Origin: Nitrospirota bacterium
Lineage (GTDB): Bacteria; Nitrospirota; UBA9217
Length of the DNA stretch: 64,000 nt
Reading direction: 5' to 3'
Assembly: GCA_963790205.1 (NCBI GenBank)
Contig: CAWBNQ010000001.1
Coordinates: 1,056,001-1,120,000 of the forward strand
The notes under the pieces: model-generated
Seen by the model: only the letters and a program-made list of their open reading frames with translations
Database searches by the model: none
Told to the model about the DNA's origin: nothing
Position numbers and translations under genes: made by a program
Shown: one piece after another, positions 46,289 to 55,339 of the stretch
How positions within the stretch are numbered: position 1 is the stretch's first letter
Layout: every line of letters starts with the position of its first letter

Positions 46289-47389
46289 ATACAAACGCAC
46301 TAAGTAATGTTACAAAGTCGCCTGACTTTGTGCTTTGACCACGAGTCAAGCGTCCTTTGGACCGTTGCCCAGATTGCGTCAAGGTTATCGAACCACCGGT
46401 TGGTGGTTGATTCGTAGCGAATCTGTCGCCATATCCGTTCCTGCATATTCAAAGCAGGCTGATAGGGAGGTAAGTACACAACCCGGAGTCGTTTATGCTT
46501 TCGGAGGAACTCCCGGATCGGATCACCCCTATGCCAACGAGCTCGGTCAACATACAGCCAGATAGTGTAGCCACGAAGCTGGCTATAAAGGTGCCGCAGC
46601 GCTTTGAGAAAGCCTTCTCGGTTGCCGCGTTCCGTTTGGATCACTCCGGCACGACCCAGAAGAGGAGCCACCCAGCCGGAAACATTCAAACGTTTCTGAT
46701 GCTGGCTGGTTGTCGGAACTTTGTGTCGTTTTCCGATAAGCGCCCAGACGCGCCCAAGTCGAGGGTGCAGAGTAAAGCCGCATTCGTCCTGAAAAACCAC
46801 GGTTTCTTTAGGACCCAGCGTTTTGAGTTTTTTTTAGGCTCCTGGCGAATTTCTTCGCGTCTTCTGCCTTCGCCTGGAGATAAACGTGATTTGCACGTTT
46901 TAACCGATACCCAAGTTGATGCATCCAGTATTGGGCCTGACGGACTTTCAGCTTTATCCCGAACCGGCGCTGTAAATGGGTTGCCAAAGTGGGGCCATCC
47001 CATCGAACACGATTTAAGCCGAACTTCTGGGGCGATTCCTCCAGTTGAAGCTCTAGCTGAGCTACAATCTTAGGGGTCATCCGAACTGGACGGCCTGACT
47101 GCTTTTTCGGGACAAGGGCTTCTACTCCGTCCTTGTTTACCGCCCGCGTCCAGCGGTTTACGTTCATCCGGGTCTGGCCGAGGACCTCTGAGATCCACCC
47201 CGGTCGTTGCCCTTCCAGCACCAAGAGAAGGGTTGCTATCTTAATGCCGATCCAAGCTCCTGGCACCTTCTCTGCAAGTGCCAGTAATTGCTCTTTGGAC
47301 ACCTTGATTGGGCTTATAGGGGCTGTTTTCATGCCCCCAGCATAACATAAACGAAGATTAAAGTGTAACAATATTTACTGCGTTTGTAT
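46289..47389 (-). mobile_element. IS630-family insertion sequence, copy 2 (1101 bp, diverged isoform)
   Basis: Same IRs and TA duplication; split transposase 47332-46300; many substitutions relative to copy 1. Confidence 0.95.
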
Positions 47390-48699
47390 TAGTAATTACG
47401 CAGCTTGGGTGAAAGAAAAGGAAAAAGTCGATCACGAGAATACGGACCGAGAAAAAACCTACCAAGGCTATTTAGAAAAATGGGAATCTGAGAAAAAAGC
47501 GTTTCTTGAAAAACAAAGGGAAACTAACAATGCTGTCGATAAGCGGAAGGAATTGTATAACAGCAAGGCACCGGACGCGGTTGTCGACTACTGCGAGCTC
47601 GTTTTATCCAATTCCGAATATCCTGACTATTTCCCCAAAGAGTTCGATTTGGACTACAATACTGAGACAAAGATCCTGATCGTAGAGTACTCTCTTCCTT
47701 CGGTTGATGACATCCCGAAAGTCAAAGAGGCCAAATACGTCAAATCCCGGAATGAGCTTGTTGAATCTTTACTATCGGAATCGGTCGTTAATAAAATATA
47801 CGATAGTCTGATTTATCAAATTGCTCTGCGGACAATACATGAGCTTTATGAGGCAGATACTGTGACAGCTCTACCCTCCATTGTTTTTAATGGCTGGGTA
47901 GAATCTATTGACAAAGCTACCGGGAAAAAAGTAAACGCATGTATCATCTCCGTACAGGCTATGCGAGAAGAATTTCTTGCCATCAACTTGGATAATGTCG
48001 ATCCAAAGGCGTGTTTTAAGATTCTCAAGGGAGTCGGCAGCTCCAAGCTCCATAGTTTGACTCCGATCGCGCCGATCTTGAATATCAACCGCGACGACAA
48101 ACGGTTTATTTCCTCGTATCCGGTGGTCGATGGTCTGGACGAGTCAAGCAATTTAGCGGCAATGGATTGGGAGGATTTTGAGCATCTGATTCGTGAGGTA
48201 TTCGAAAAAGAGTTTTCACAGTCCGGCGGAGAAGTAAAAGTGACGCAGGCGAGTCGAGACGGAGGGGTCGATGCAATCGCGTTCGACCCTGACCCTATCC
48301 GCGGGGGGAAAATCGTGATCCAAGCCAAGCGTTACACGAATACGGTCGGCGTTTCAGCGGTACGCGATCTTTACGGGACTGTTATGAACGAAGGAGCAAC
48401 CAAGGGTATTCTTGTGACTACGGCGGATTATGGTCCGGATGCTTATGATTTTGCAAAAAGTAAACCGCTGACCTTACTTAACGGCAGCAACCTTTTGCAC
48501 TTACTAGAAAAGCATGGCCACAAAGCCACTATCAACTTGAAAGCTGCCAAACAGATACTCGCGGAACAGGAGAAGGCGAATTGAGTAAGCAATTGACATT
48601 TGGTCATTCATCGTTAAAACTTGCGATGAATGACTCAGTAAATATATTAGGGGGAATAGGCTTACTATCGCACAATTAGGTTGAGAGAGGAGTCCTGCC

Positions 48700-49035
48700 A
48701 TGTCTGATGAAGAGAATAAGTTAGTCGGACCAAAAACGTTTGCACCGCCAGCAAAGGGCGATGATGAAATAGATTTCTCATCATTTTTCCAATATTTGCA
48801 AAGTCAGCAGGGACATGAGATGGCCTCTCGCGTGATCGGTTTGATAGAAGATGTTAAAAAGGCGGCAGTCGATAAGAGCTACTCAAATGTAAAGTTTAAT
48901 CGCTGGATGGAAGCTGGCATCATTGTCGTTGTTATTACAGCCACGGTTTTGCTGAGCATTCTAGATAAGCTCACACCTACCGTTGGTATTTTGTTCGGTT
49001 CTATTGTCGGATATTTCTTTGGTAAAAATAAATAG
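48700..49035 (+). CDS. Small hypothetical protein with two C-terminal TM helices
   Basis: RBS AGGAG; hydrophobic IIVVVITATVLLSIL and VGILFGSIVGYFFG. Confidence 0.7.
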   Translation: MSDEENKLVGPKTFAPPAKGDDEIDFSSFFQYLQSQQGHEMASRVIGLIEDVKKAAVDKSYSNVKFNRWMEAGIIVVVITATVLLSILDKLTPTVGILFGSIVGYFFGKNK

Positions 49036-49067
49036 AGAATTGACCTTATGCCCATTAATTCTACAGC

Positions 49068-50834
49068 TCAAATACAGTTCTTATCGGATATTCTTCTCAA
49101 CAGCTCTTCGCACCATCTGACATAGAAATTATCTTCTTTTGAGGATGGATGTATTTTTGTGTCAAATGTTATTCCTATTTCTTTGAGGTCATTAATGGTA
49201 TCCTCATGCTGTACTTCATCTACAAACCTTTTAACCACCATCATCGCATGCTTCTGGGGATGGGGCAATTGCTCATCTGCAAATAGTAAATACGTACCGG
49301 GGCCATTCGGAAGTCCAGTGTGATCAATTTCAACCAGACAGATATTTTTGCCAGAGTAATTAAAAATCGTTGTTACAAACGTGCGTCTGCTGTCATGACT
49401 TTTATTATAACTTTCCTTGAGAGACAGTAATCCTCTCGCCTTCCGGGTTTTTTTCAATGGGATATCTCGGATGAGAGACATCTCAAAGTTGTGGACATCT
49501 GCATGCTCGTTGAGAAATCCTGTCATATAAAAAAAATCTGCGATGTAGAAATCTTCTCTGCTTCCATTGTTTGGTTCAGTCTGCTTATCTGAGACATCCT
49601 TATCTAGTTCATTTTCTCTTTGATCATTCTCCTGCGATTCCATAGATGCCGGCCTAGTGTCGCTAGCTCCATCAGTGCCTTGCCCGATAACACTTATCTC
49701 GACAGCCGGCCCCATGAGCCTGATAATGGGGAGAACCTCATTCTTGACGGTCGGTTGCTTTCCCTCTACAGTTCCATCGATGATTTTCATTCGCAAGATA
49801 TGTGTATTTGTAATTTTTGTCGAAGGTTTAATCGAAATGGGACTTAAGCGTGAGGTCGGTTTTTTATCGTTTAGTTGTTTCTTTGTAGCCCTTTTTTTAA
49901 TTACGACTACATTACCGTCGCTGTTTTGTTGTTTGTCTGGGTTTGTTTTCTTAGGGAAAGAGATCGTGTCAAAATCAAATTGGCTGTCATCGTCCAGGAT
50001 TTCGAATACGAGTACTTTGTCTTTGCGTAGAGCGGTGTCTTGTAACCAAAGTCCTCTGATTTGCATATGGATTGTTTGCCAAATAGGAAAATCGATTTCG
50101 AGGGGAACGATATTTGACAAGTCGCCCTGTAGCTCCATATTTTTTTTCATTGCCAAAAGGCTTTTATGAACGGCGAGCCACCTTGCGTATGCAAATGGAT
50201 TCTCTTTAAATCTGACAATATGCGGCGCGTCACTTTTGGAGGCGCCTGGCTTCAAATGAACGAAAGCAGTACGTTTTTTGCGATCAAGCTTGATGTCCTC
50301 ATAAAGACCGTCAAGTTTCATCGAAAAAATCTGCCTTCTCATTGAGCTGGAAGTGAAATAATAACATGCGCCGATGACGGCGCATGGAAAAATAATCAGT
50401 TGGTAGTCGTCTTCGAATACAACACAACGCTGGTTCTTATTATACTTTGAAAAATCAAAGTAGCCGTTCATTGTGCGAAACCATTGATTGAGTTTATATT
50501 CGTCGTCTGATAAAACATCCGATATTTTAACAATATGGTTATTATCAGTGGCTTCTATGGTAATGGGATGAATTTCGCCGAGAGGAGGGATTGATTTTAC
50601 CAGTTTTGTGTCCTTGTAATGTTGGCCGATAGCATAATGTCCGTGAAGAAATTCCGGGAAAATGTCCTCGGTTAAGTATATCCCCGAGTCTATATCTTGA
50701 AACAATACCTTGTAAAAGTTGTTGCCTGCGGTCGCATTGATTCCCTGAATACAAAGAAGACGGAATGTCCGATGCTTATGCTTATCACTGGACATCTTGG
50801 GGGTTTTTATGGAATCCAGGTCGATTTGAGTCAT
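49068..50834 (-). CDS. TnsE-like protein (putative second target selector)
   Basis: 588 aa inside a Tn7-like element; N-domain IIFPCAVIG..YYF.SS, acidic linker, C-domain RR.F...LVEID...LL...KIH...W...L recalls TnsE architecture (pattern recognition only). Confidence 0.55.
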   Translation of the reverse strand: MTQIDLDSIKTPKMSSDKHKHRTFRLLCIQGINATAGNNFYKVLFQDIDSGIYLTEDIFPEFLHGHYAIGQHYKDTKLVKSIPPLGEIHPITIEATDNNHIVKISDVLSDDEYKLNQWFRTMNGYFDFSKYNKNQRCVVFEDDYQLIIFPCAVIGACYYFTSSSMRRQIFSMKLDGLYEDIKLDRKKRTAFVHLKPGASKSDAPHIVRFKENPFAYARWLAVHKSLLAMKKNMELQGDLSNIVPLEIDFPIWQTIHMQIRGLWLQDTALRKDKVLVFEILDDDSQFDFDTISFPKKTNPDKQQNSDGNVVVIKKRATKKQLNDKKPTSRLSPISIKPSTKITNTHILRMKIIDGTVEGKQPTVKNEVLPIIRLMGPAVEISVIGQGTDGASDTRPASMESQENDQRENELDKDVSDKQTEPNNGSREDFYIADFFYMTGFLNEHADVHNFEMSLIRDIPLKKTRKARGLLSLKESYNKSHDSRRTFVTTIFNYSGKNICLVEIDHTGLPNGPGTYLLFADEQLPHPQKHAMMVVKRFVDEVQHEDTINDLKEIGITFDTKIHPSSKEDNFYVRWCEELLRRISDKNCI

Positions 50835-50936
50835 AATTGAAAAAATTGGTTTTCGGTGGGCATATTATAATAATATTGTAGCCATTGTAGCTAGTTTATT
50901 ATCAGAAATTTTATCGTTATTACAAAATCACTTTTT

Positions 50937-52064
50937 TTAAATAATCAACCGAATTAAATGAATAAGTCTTCGTAATATATTAGAAGAATCATTGACACAA
51001 TAGACCGATACTTGCTTCCGTACTTTAAACCCATCTTCAATGCTTCCTCTTGTACATTTATGCTCGCCTACTTTTCCCAAGGTTGGTTTAAGGCAAGGAG
51101 GATCACAATTAAAGAAATATACTATTATGTGCAATAAAAGTGCGCCGAATGTAGTTAAATAAAATCCTATGAAGAACCAAAGAATTAGGCAATAATAAAA
51201 TATGTCGTGTTTGAAGCCATAATGGCGTGCACAGCAAATATATATGCATAGGCAAATAACACCAATACAACAATCGACCCACTTAGGATACTTTAAATAA
51301 TCATCACCTTCGTTTGTATAAATAATGAAACCGCTTTTTTCAAAAAGCTTTCTGGTTTTCCATAAATAATAATGCAGTAATTTCTTTACAAAAAAAGCGC
51401 TTGTCAGAATAAATATCGGGAAACTAAATTCCCAATTGGCCGAAAGCGTGGATTGATCCAATTCAAAAAAATGATGTACTACGAAAAACCCGAATATTGA
51501 GTTTAGTACCATTAGCCATATAGATGCCCAATATAGCGGTCCGAATTGGTCGGGAATCACCAGGTCGGGATCTAACTTATTATTAAGGCCGATATATTCT
51601 TCTTTGACAAAAGAATCATGAATAAGGTTTTGATATTTGTCTTTAAAGACCTTAAGATTGTTGTCGCCACTGTTAAATATTTTTTCAATCACTGCCGCTC
51701 TACCTTGAATGTACCTAAAAAGGAATCCATGCGATAAAATGTATTCGGATAACAGCCAGAGGATTATGTTACCTACAACACAAATAGCGAAGGCAAAATA
51801 GACCTCATTGCCGTCTATATGTAAAGACGTTAACGCCGACGAAAAATTGTAGTCTCCAATTAATGGAAATGTGCCGAAATTAGTTAGCCGTTTGAAGTCC
51901 TCAATAATGAATTTATAGGCTAGTGCAATAGCTGAAATTGCTACAATGAAATGCCATTTTGCTTTGAGTAGGTCGTCACTTATCTTGTTTAAATCATCCA
52001 GTAAACTTTTATGTTCGCTGATTAAAAATTCTCCAGACTTATCCCACATTTTATTCTCCGACAT
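50937..52064 (-). CDS. AT-rich multi-pass membrane hypothetical protein
   Basis: 375-aa ORF with about 6 hydrophobic segments and an N-terminal EFLISEHKSL helix. Confidence 0.7.
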   Translation of the reverse strand: MSENKMWDKSGEFLISEHKSLLDDLNKISDDLLKAKWHFIVAISAIALAYKFIIEDFKRLTNFGTFPLIGDYNFSSALTSLHIDGNEVYFAFAICVVGNIILWLLSEYILSHGFLFRYIQGRAAVIEKIFNSGDNNLKVFKDKYQNLIHDSFVKEEYIGLNNKLDPDLVIPDQFGPLYWASIWLMVLNSIFGFFVVHHFFELDQSTLSANWEFSFPIFILTSAFFVKKLLHYYLWKTRKLFEKSGFIIYTNEGDDYLKYPKWVDCCIGVICLCIYICCARHYGFKHDIFYYCLILWFFIGFYLTTFGALLLHIIVYFFNCDPPCLKPTLGKVGEHKCTRGSIEDGFKVRKQVSVYCVNDSSNILRRLIHLIRLII

Positions 52065-52245
52065 TTGATCGACACTTTCCTGATAGCGATAATTCAGTCA
52101 TTGTAAAATGTTATTTCCCCCGATTCAGTAACACGGGGGACTGAAAATACGTTCTTAGCATATACTGGCCTGCATATATACTTATAAGTGGGCGTTCTCA
52201 CCGTCTTGGCCGAGCCTCTCGGTCGCTGCTGCACAACGTTATTGC

Positions 52246-52917
52246 TCAAACACGATCAAGCCAGTTCAGGTCGAAAAGGACGGGAAACCCGCAGGACTGG
52301 ATCGAGCAGAAGATCGGGAAGTCCTTCTCCGGGCAGAACACGAAAAGAACCTCCCTATGCTTGAATGAGAAGTCGCCCGGATAGCGCCACTCTCGTTCGT
52401 GCGTCGCATCGAAGCTCTCGGTAATGATGTTCACGAACGGCTGCAGATTATAAGGAATGAAGTTGTATACCCTGCGTTCAAATCGCTCGCCGGCAAATGT
52501 AACTTTCTCCTTGAGCAGGGATTCTCTGATGTTAAGGCACGGGTTTGCGCCACGCTCAAACAAGAAGTCCCGGTCAAATGCAAGCCCATACTGCGCATGG
52601 AAGACATCTCGGTGCGCCTTCAGCCCTGACAGGGTACTTTCAGTAAAGCAGACTGCATGCGAGTCGATCGGACCGTCAAACTCACCAGTTTCGGGGTCGA
52701 ACACGTTGGGGTTCACCCTGCTGTACCACCCCACTGCGGATGCCCCGAGGTAGGGCCTTGGGGGGGTGCTCCCTATGGCCAAGATTGAAAGAAGGTCGCT
52801 CTTGGCCTCTGCGTCGCTTAGGCCTTCGTTCTGACGGATCAGATGCGTCAGTAGAAAGGAGCAGTCGGAGCTAAGGCGAGCCAGTTCTTGAGCGGTTGCT
52901 GCATTGGTCTTCGACAT
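52246..52917 (-). CDS. AbiGi-like (abortive-infection-associated, ART-like fold) protein
   Basis: LTHL.R, AVCFTE, YGLAF...GANP, HEREWR motifs. Confidence 0.7.
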   Translation of the reverse strand: MSKTNAATAQELARLSSDCSFLLTHLIRQNEGLSDAEAKSDLLSILAIGSTPPRPYLGASAVGWYSRVNPNVFDPETGEFDGPIDSHAVCFTESTLSGLKAHRDVFHAQYGLAFDRDFLFERGANPCLNIRESLLKEKVTFAGERFERRVYNFIPYNLQPFVNIITESFDATHEREWRYPGDFSFKHREVLFVFCPEKDFPIFCSIQSCGFPVLFDLNWLDRV

Positions 52918-53200
52918 GACCTGGAGCCCTCCAATCGTTTGCTACCATTCTTTTTCTTTGCGGACAGTGATTTTCAGGAAGCAGTCTCTACTGCAAAACT
53001 ATAGCATAAAAAGGTGATTTCATAAAGGATTCATCGATAATCACTTAGCTGCGGAGCCTTGCAAATAACGGCTTTAGTGAACACCACGAGTTGATTTTGA
53101 TTGCAGGGACTTCTCGACTACCAGAACTGCGCAGAAAACAATCCAGTTCCGCATGCTATAATGAGGTTACGACGAAGACGACTATGCTAAAAAGGCTATC

Positions 53201-53476
53201 ATGGGACGGACATCTATAGACATACGGGAGCTTAAGCGCCGATTGAGCCATTACTTGCGGCTGGTCAAGGCAGGGGAGTCCGTAGAAGTCAGCGACCGCG
53301 GGACGCCGATCGGCTGCATTATTCCGATGGCTTTACCAATAGCAGACCGTATAAAAGCATTGGATAAAGCCGGTCTACTACAGTGGAATAACCACAAACT
53401 CAAGCCTATGACGCCTATCGCGCTGACCCGGGGTAAGCGCACTGTTGCTGATCTACTGATTGAGAATCGTAAATGA
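53201..53476 (+). CDS. Phd/YefM-family type II antitoxin
   Basis: IRELKRRLSHYLRLVKAGESVEVSDRGTPI. Confidence 0.88.
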   Translation: MGRTSIDIRELKRRLSHYLRLVKAGESVEVSDRGTPIGCIIPMALPIADRIKALDKAGLLQWNNHKLKPMTPIALTRGKRTVADLLIENRK

Positions 53477-53559
53477 TCGAGCATCATTGGTGTCTGAAAC
53501 AGATGCATAAAGCTATTTTCCCATGTAATTGCAAGGCGTTGTGCATTATTTAACTTCAA

Positions 53560-53590
53560 TTATTGGATTTCAATAATTGAAATCCAATAA
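53560..53590. repeat. Perfect 31-bp palindrome
   Basis: TTATTGGATTTCAAT-A-ATTGAAATCCAATAA. Confidence 0.9.
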
Positions 53591-53740
53591 AATCACTTCA
53601 TCAAGGGGTTCACACCCGCGACCACCAAGTTAACAGCCGAATCCAACTCATCAAGCTCGTATTCCACTTGCTCCATTCGTCTTCAGTAGTAAACAAAAGT
53701 AAACCAAATGAACACTGGAAAAACTCAGGGCTTTATTGCC

Positions 53741-53808
53741 ACTATCACTTTATTTTAGGATTAGTCTCATTATATTTTGTACAGTCTCATTTTATTTTGG
53801 AACTGACA
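53741..53808 (-). repeat. Distal transposon end with three tandem TnsB-binding-site-like repeats
   Basis: ACTATCACTTTATTTTAG (53741), AGTCTCATTATATTTTGT (53763), AGTCTCATTTTATTTTGG (53783), then AACTGACA terminus. Confidence 0.88.
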
Positions 53809-53813
53809 AATTT

Positions 53814-53884
53814 TTGCCTTGACAGGTTTCTGCCCCATGAGTATTATACTGTACGTTTTCGGGGCACGAGAGCGGTGTAAATGA
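53814..53884 (+). pseudogene. DUF2892 (YgaP-like) gene, 3' half
   Basis: (F)ALTGFCPMSIILYVFGARERCK-stop, with the family TGFCP motif. Confidence 0.88.
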
Positions 53885-53923
53885 TGGTTCTATGTAGATT
53901 GTTGCAGAAAGGGGTTTAATACA

Positions 53924-54118
53924 ATGCCGTTTTATGAATATGTATGCGAGTCGTGCGGCAAGGATTTCGTGCTTTTGCAGTCCATGACCGCTAAAACAGA
54001 GGACACGGTTTGCCCGTATTGCAGCGAAAAAAAATCAAAAAAAATGGTTTCCAAGTTTTCGTCGCCCGGCGGCGAGCATGCCAGTTGCAGTACCGGGAGT
54101 TCCTGGGGCGGCGGCTGA
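53924..54118 (+). CDS. FmdB-family zinc-ribbon protein
   Basis: MPFYEYVCESCG...CPYCS..K..S. Confidence 0.88.
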   Translation: MPFYEYVCESCGKDFVLLQSMTAKTEDTVCPYCSEKKSKKMVSKFSSPGGEHASCSTGSSWGGG

Positions 54119-54158
54119 GGCGTCTAAAGAGTCCGCCGTGAGCGGATCAAAAAATTCA

Positions 54159-54191
54159 GGCCTGAGAATCAATAGATTCTCAGGCTTTTTT
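54159..54191 (+). terminator. Intrinsic terminator
   Basis: GCCTGAGAATC-AATA-GATTCTCAGGC followed by TTTTTT. Confidence 0.85.
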
Positions 54192-54338
54192 GTGCAACTT
54201 TAAAAGCAAGCGCCAAATAACAAGCACGAAATTTCAAATAAACTCCAAATCTCAAGTACGAAATATCAAACGTTTGGATCATTGGTATCTGGAGCTTTGA
54301 TATTATTTGGGATTTGTAATCTGGAAGTTCAAAAAATT

Positions 54339-55259
54339 ATGTCCACCGGTTCCCTCAAAACGTTCCTCCAGCCCCGGTACTGGTATGCATGGCTGATCCT
54401 GGGATTCGTCCGGGTCGCGAGCTGGCTTCCGAGGCGCGTCCTCTGGGTCCTGGGCAACGCCCTGGGACTTATCTTTTTTCTGTTCCCCTCGCCGGCCCGC
54501 CGAATCGCCGCCAGGAATATCGAATTGTGTTTTCCGGATATGGGGCCGCGCGAGCGGCGCAAGCTGGCGCTTCGCCATTTCCGGTTGAGCGGATATGCCG
54601 TGGTCAGCCTCGCGGTCGCCTGGTGGGCCCCGAAATGGAGGGTCCGCTCGTTCATCAAATTCCGCGATCAACATCATCTCGACGACGCGCTGGCGAGCGG
54701 AAAGAACGTCATCCTGCTCGCCCCTCACTTCATCGGGCTGGACATGGGCGGCATCCGGCTGTCGCTGGAACGAAAGGCCGTCAGCATGTACCGGCAGTCG
54801 AGGAACCCCTTCCTTGAGTATATTTTTCAACGAAGGTCCCGGTTCGACGGCGTGGTCGTTGAGCGCATGGGCAATTTGAAAGCGCTGCTTCGCCACATCC
54901 GCCAGGGGCTGCCGTTCTACTATCTCCCGGACCAGGACATGGGCGAGCGCGCAAGCGTGTTCGCGCCATTTTTCGGCGTTCCCGCCGCGACCGTGACGGC
55001 CTTGAGCCGCATCGCGCACAGCACGAACGCGGCGGTCATTCCCTGCATCACCCGCGTACTGGGCAGCGGCAGAGGGTACGAGATGTGTTTGTATCCGCCG
55101 TTGAAAAATTTTCCGAGCGATGATCCCCTGGCGGATGCGAAGCGGATGAACGAAGAGGTCGAGAAGTGGGTCCGCGAGATGCCCGAGCAGTACATGTGGT
55201 CCTACCGCCGGTTCAAGACAAGGCCGAACAACGAACCGTCGCTGTACAGCAAAAAATAG
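54339..55259 (+). CDS. Lipid A biosynthesis acyltransferase (LpxL/HtrB family)
   Basis: HxxxxD (PHFIGLD), YLPDQD, APFFG, PEQYMWSYRRFKTRP. Confidence 0.92.
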   Translation: MSTGSLKTFLQPRYWYAWLILGFVRVASWLPRRVLWVLGNALGLIFFLFPSPARRIAARNIELCFPDMGPRERRKLALRHFRLSGYAVVSLAVAWWAPKWRVRSFIKFRDQHHLDDALASGKNVILLAPHFIGLDMGGIRLSLERKAVSMYRQSRNPFLEYIFQRRSRFDGVVVERMGNLKALLRHIRQGLPFYYLPDQDMGERASVFAPFFGVPAATVTALSRIAHSTNAAVIPCITRVLGSGRGYEMCLYPPLKNFPSDDPLADAKRMNEEVEKWVREMPEQYMWSYRRFKTRPNNEPSLYSKK

Positions 55260-55339
55260 CACGTTACCATCCTCCCCGCTCCCCTTGCATAGTCCCCATT
55301 TCACTTGCGCGGACCGTTTCCTTTCCTGTATCATGCGTC

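Larger units (their letters stand above)
44735..48584 (+). pseudogene. Mrr-family restriction endonuclease (~547 aa reconstructed) interrupted by two IS630 insertions
   Basis: Segments 44735-44960 + 46064-46288 + 47392-48584 join in one frame; C-terminal FEHLIREVF...SRDGGVDA...IQAKRY Mrr catalytic motif. Confidence 0.9.
33802..53808 (+). mobile_element. Complete Tn7-like transposon (~20.0 kb)
   Basis: Terminal IRs TGTCAGTACCACTAAATAATGAGACTG / TGTCAGTTCCAAAATAAAATGAGACTG (reverse complement), flanks GATTT / AATTT, tnsA-tnsB-tnsC-tniQ operon, split target gene. Confidence 0.95.

Noticed and set aside
52190..52245. Possible attC remnant after the AbiGi-like gene (minus strand GCAATAACG...)
   Set aside because: No matching GTTRRRY end or complete bottom-strand hairpin found, and no integron integrase in the window.
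33802..53808. CRISPR-associated transposon (CAST)
   Set aside because: No Cas5/6/7/8 or Cas12k-like ORF and no repeat-spacer array seen; the short repeats at the ends are TnsB-type sites.
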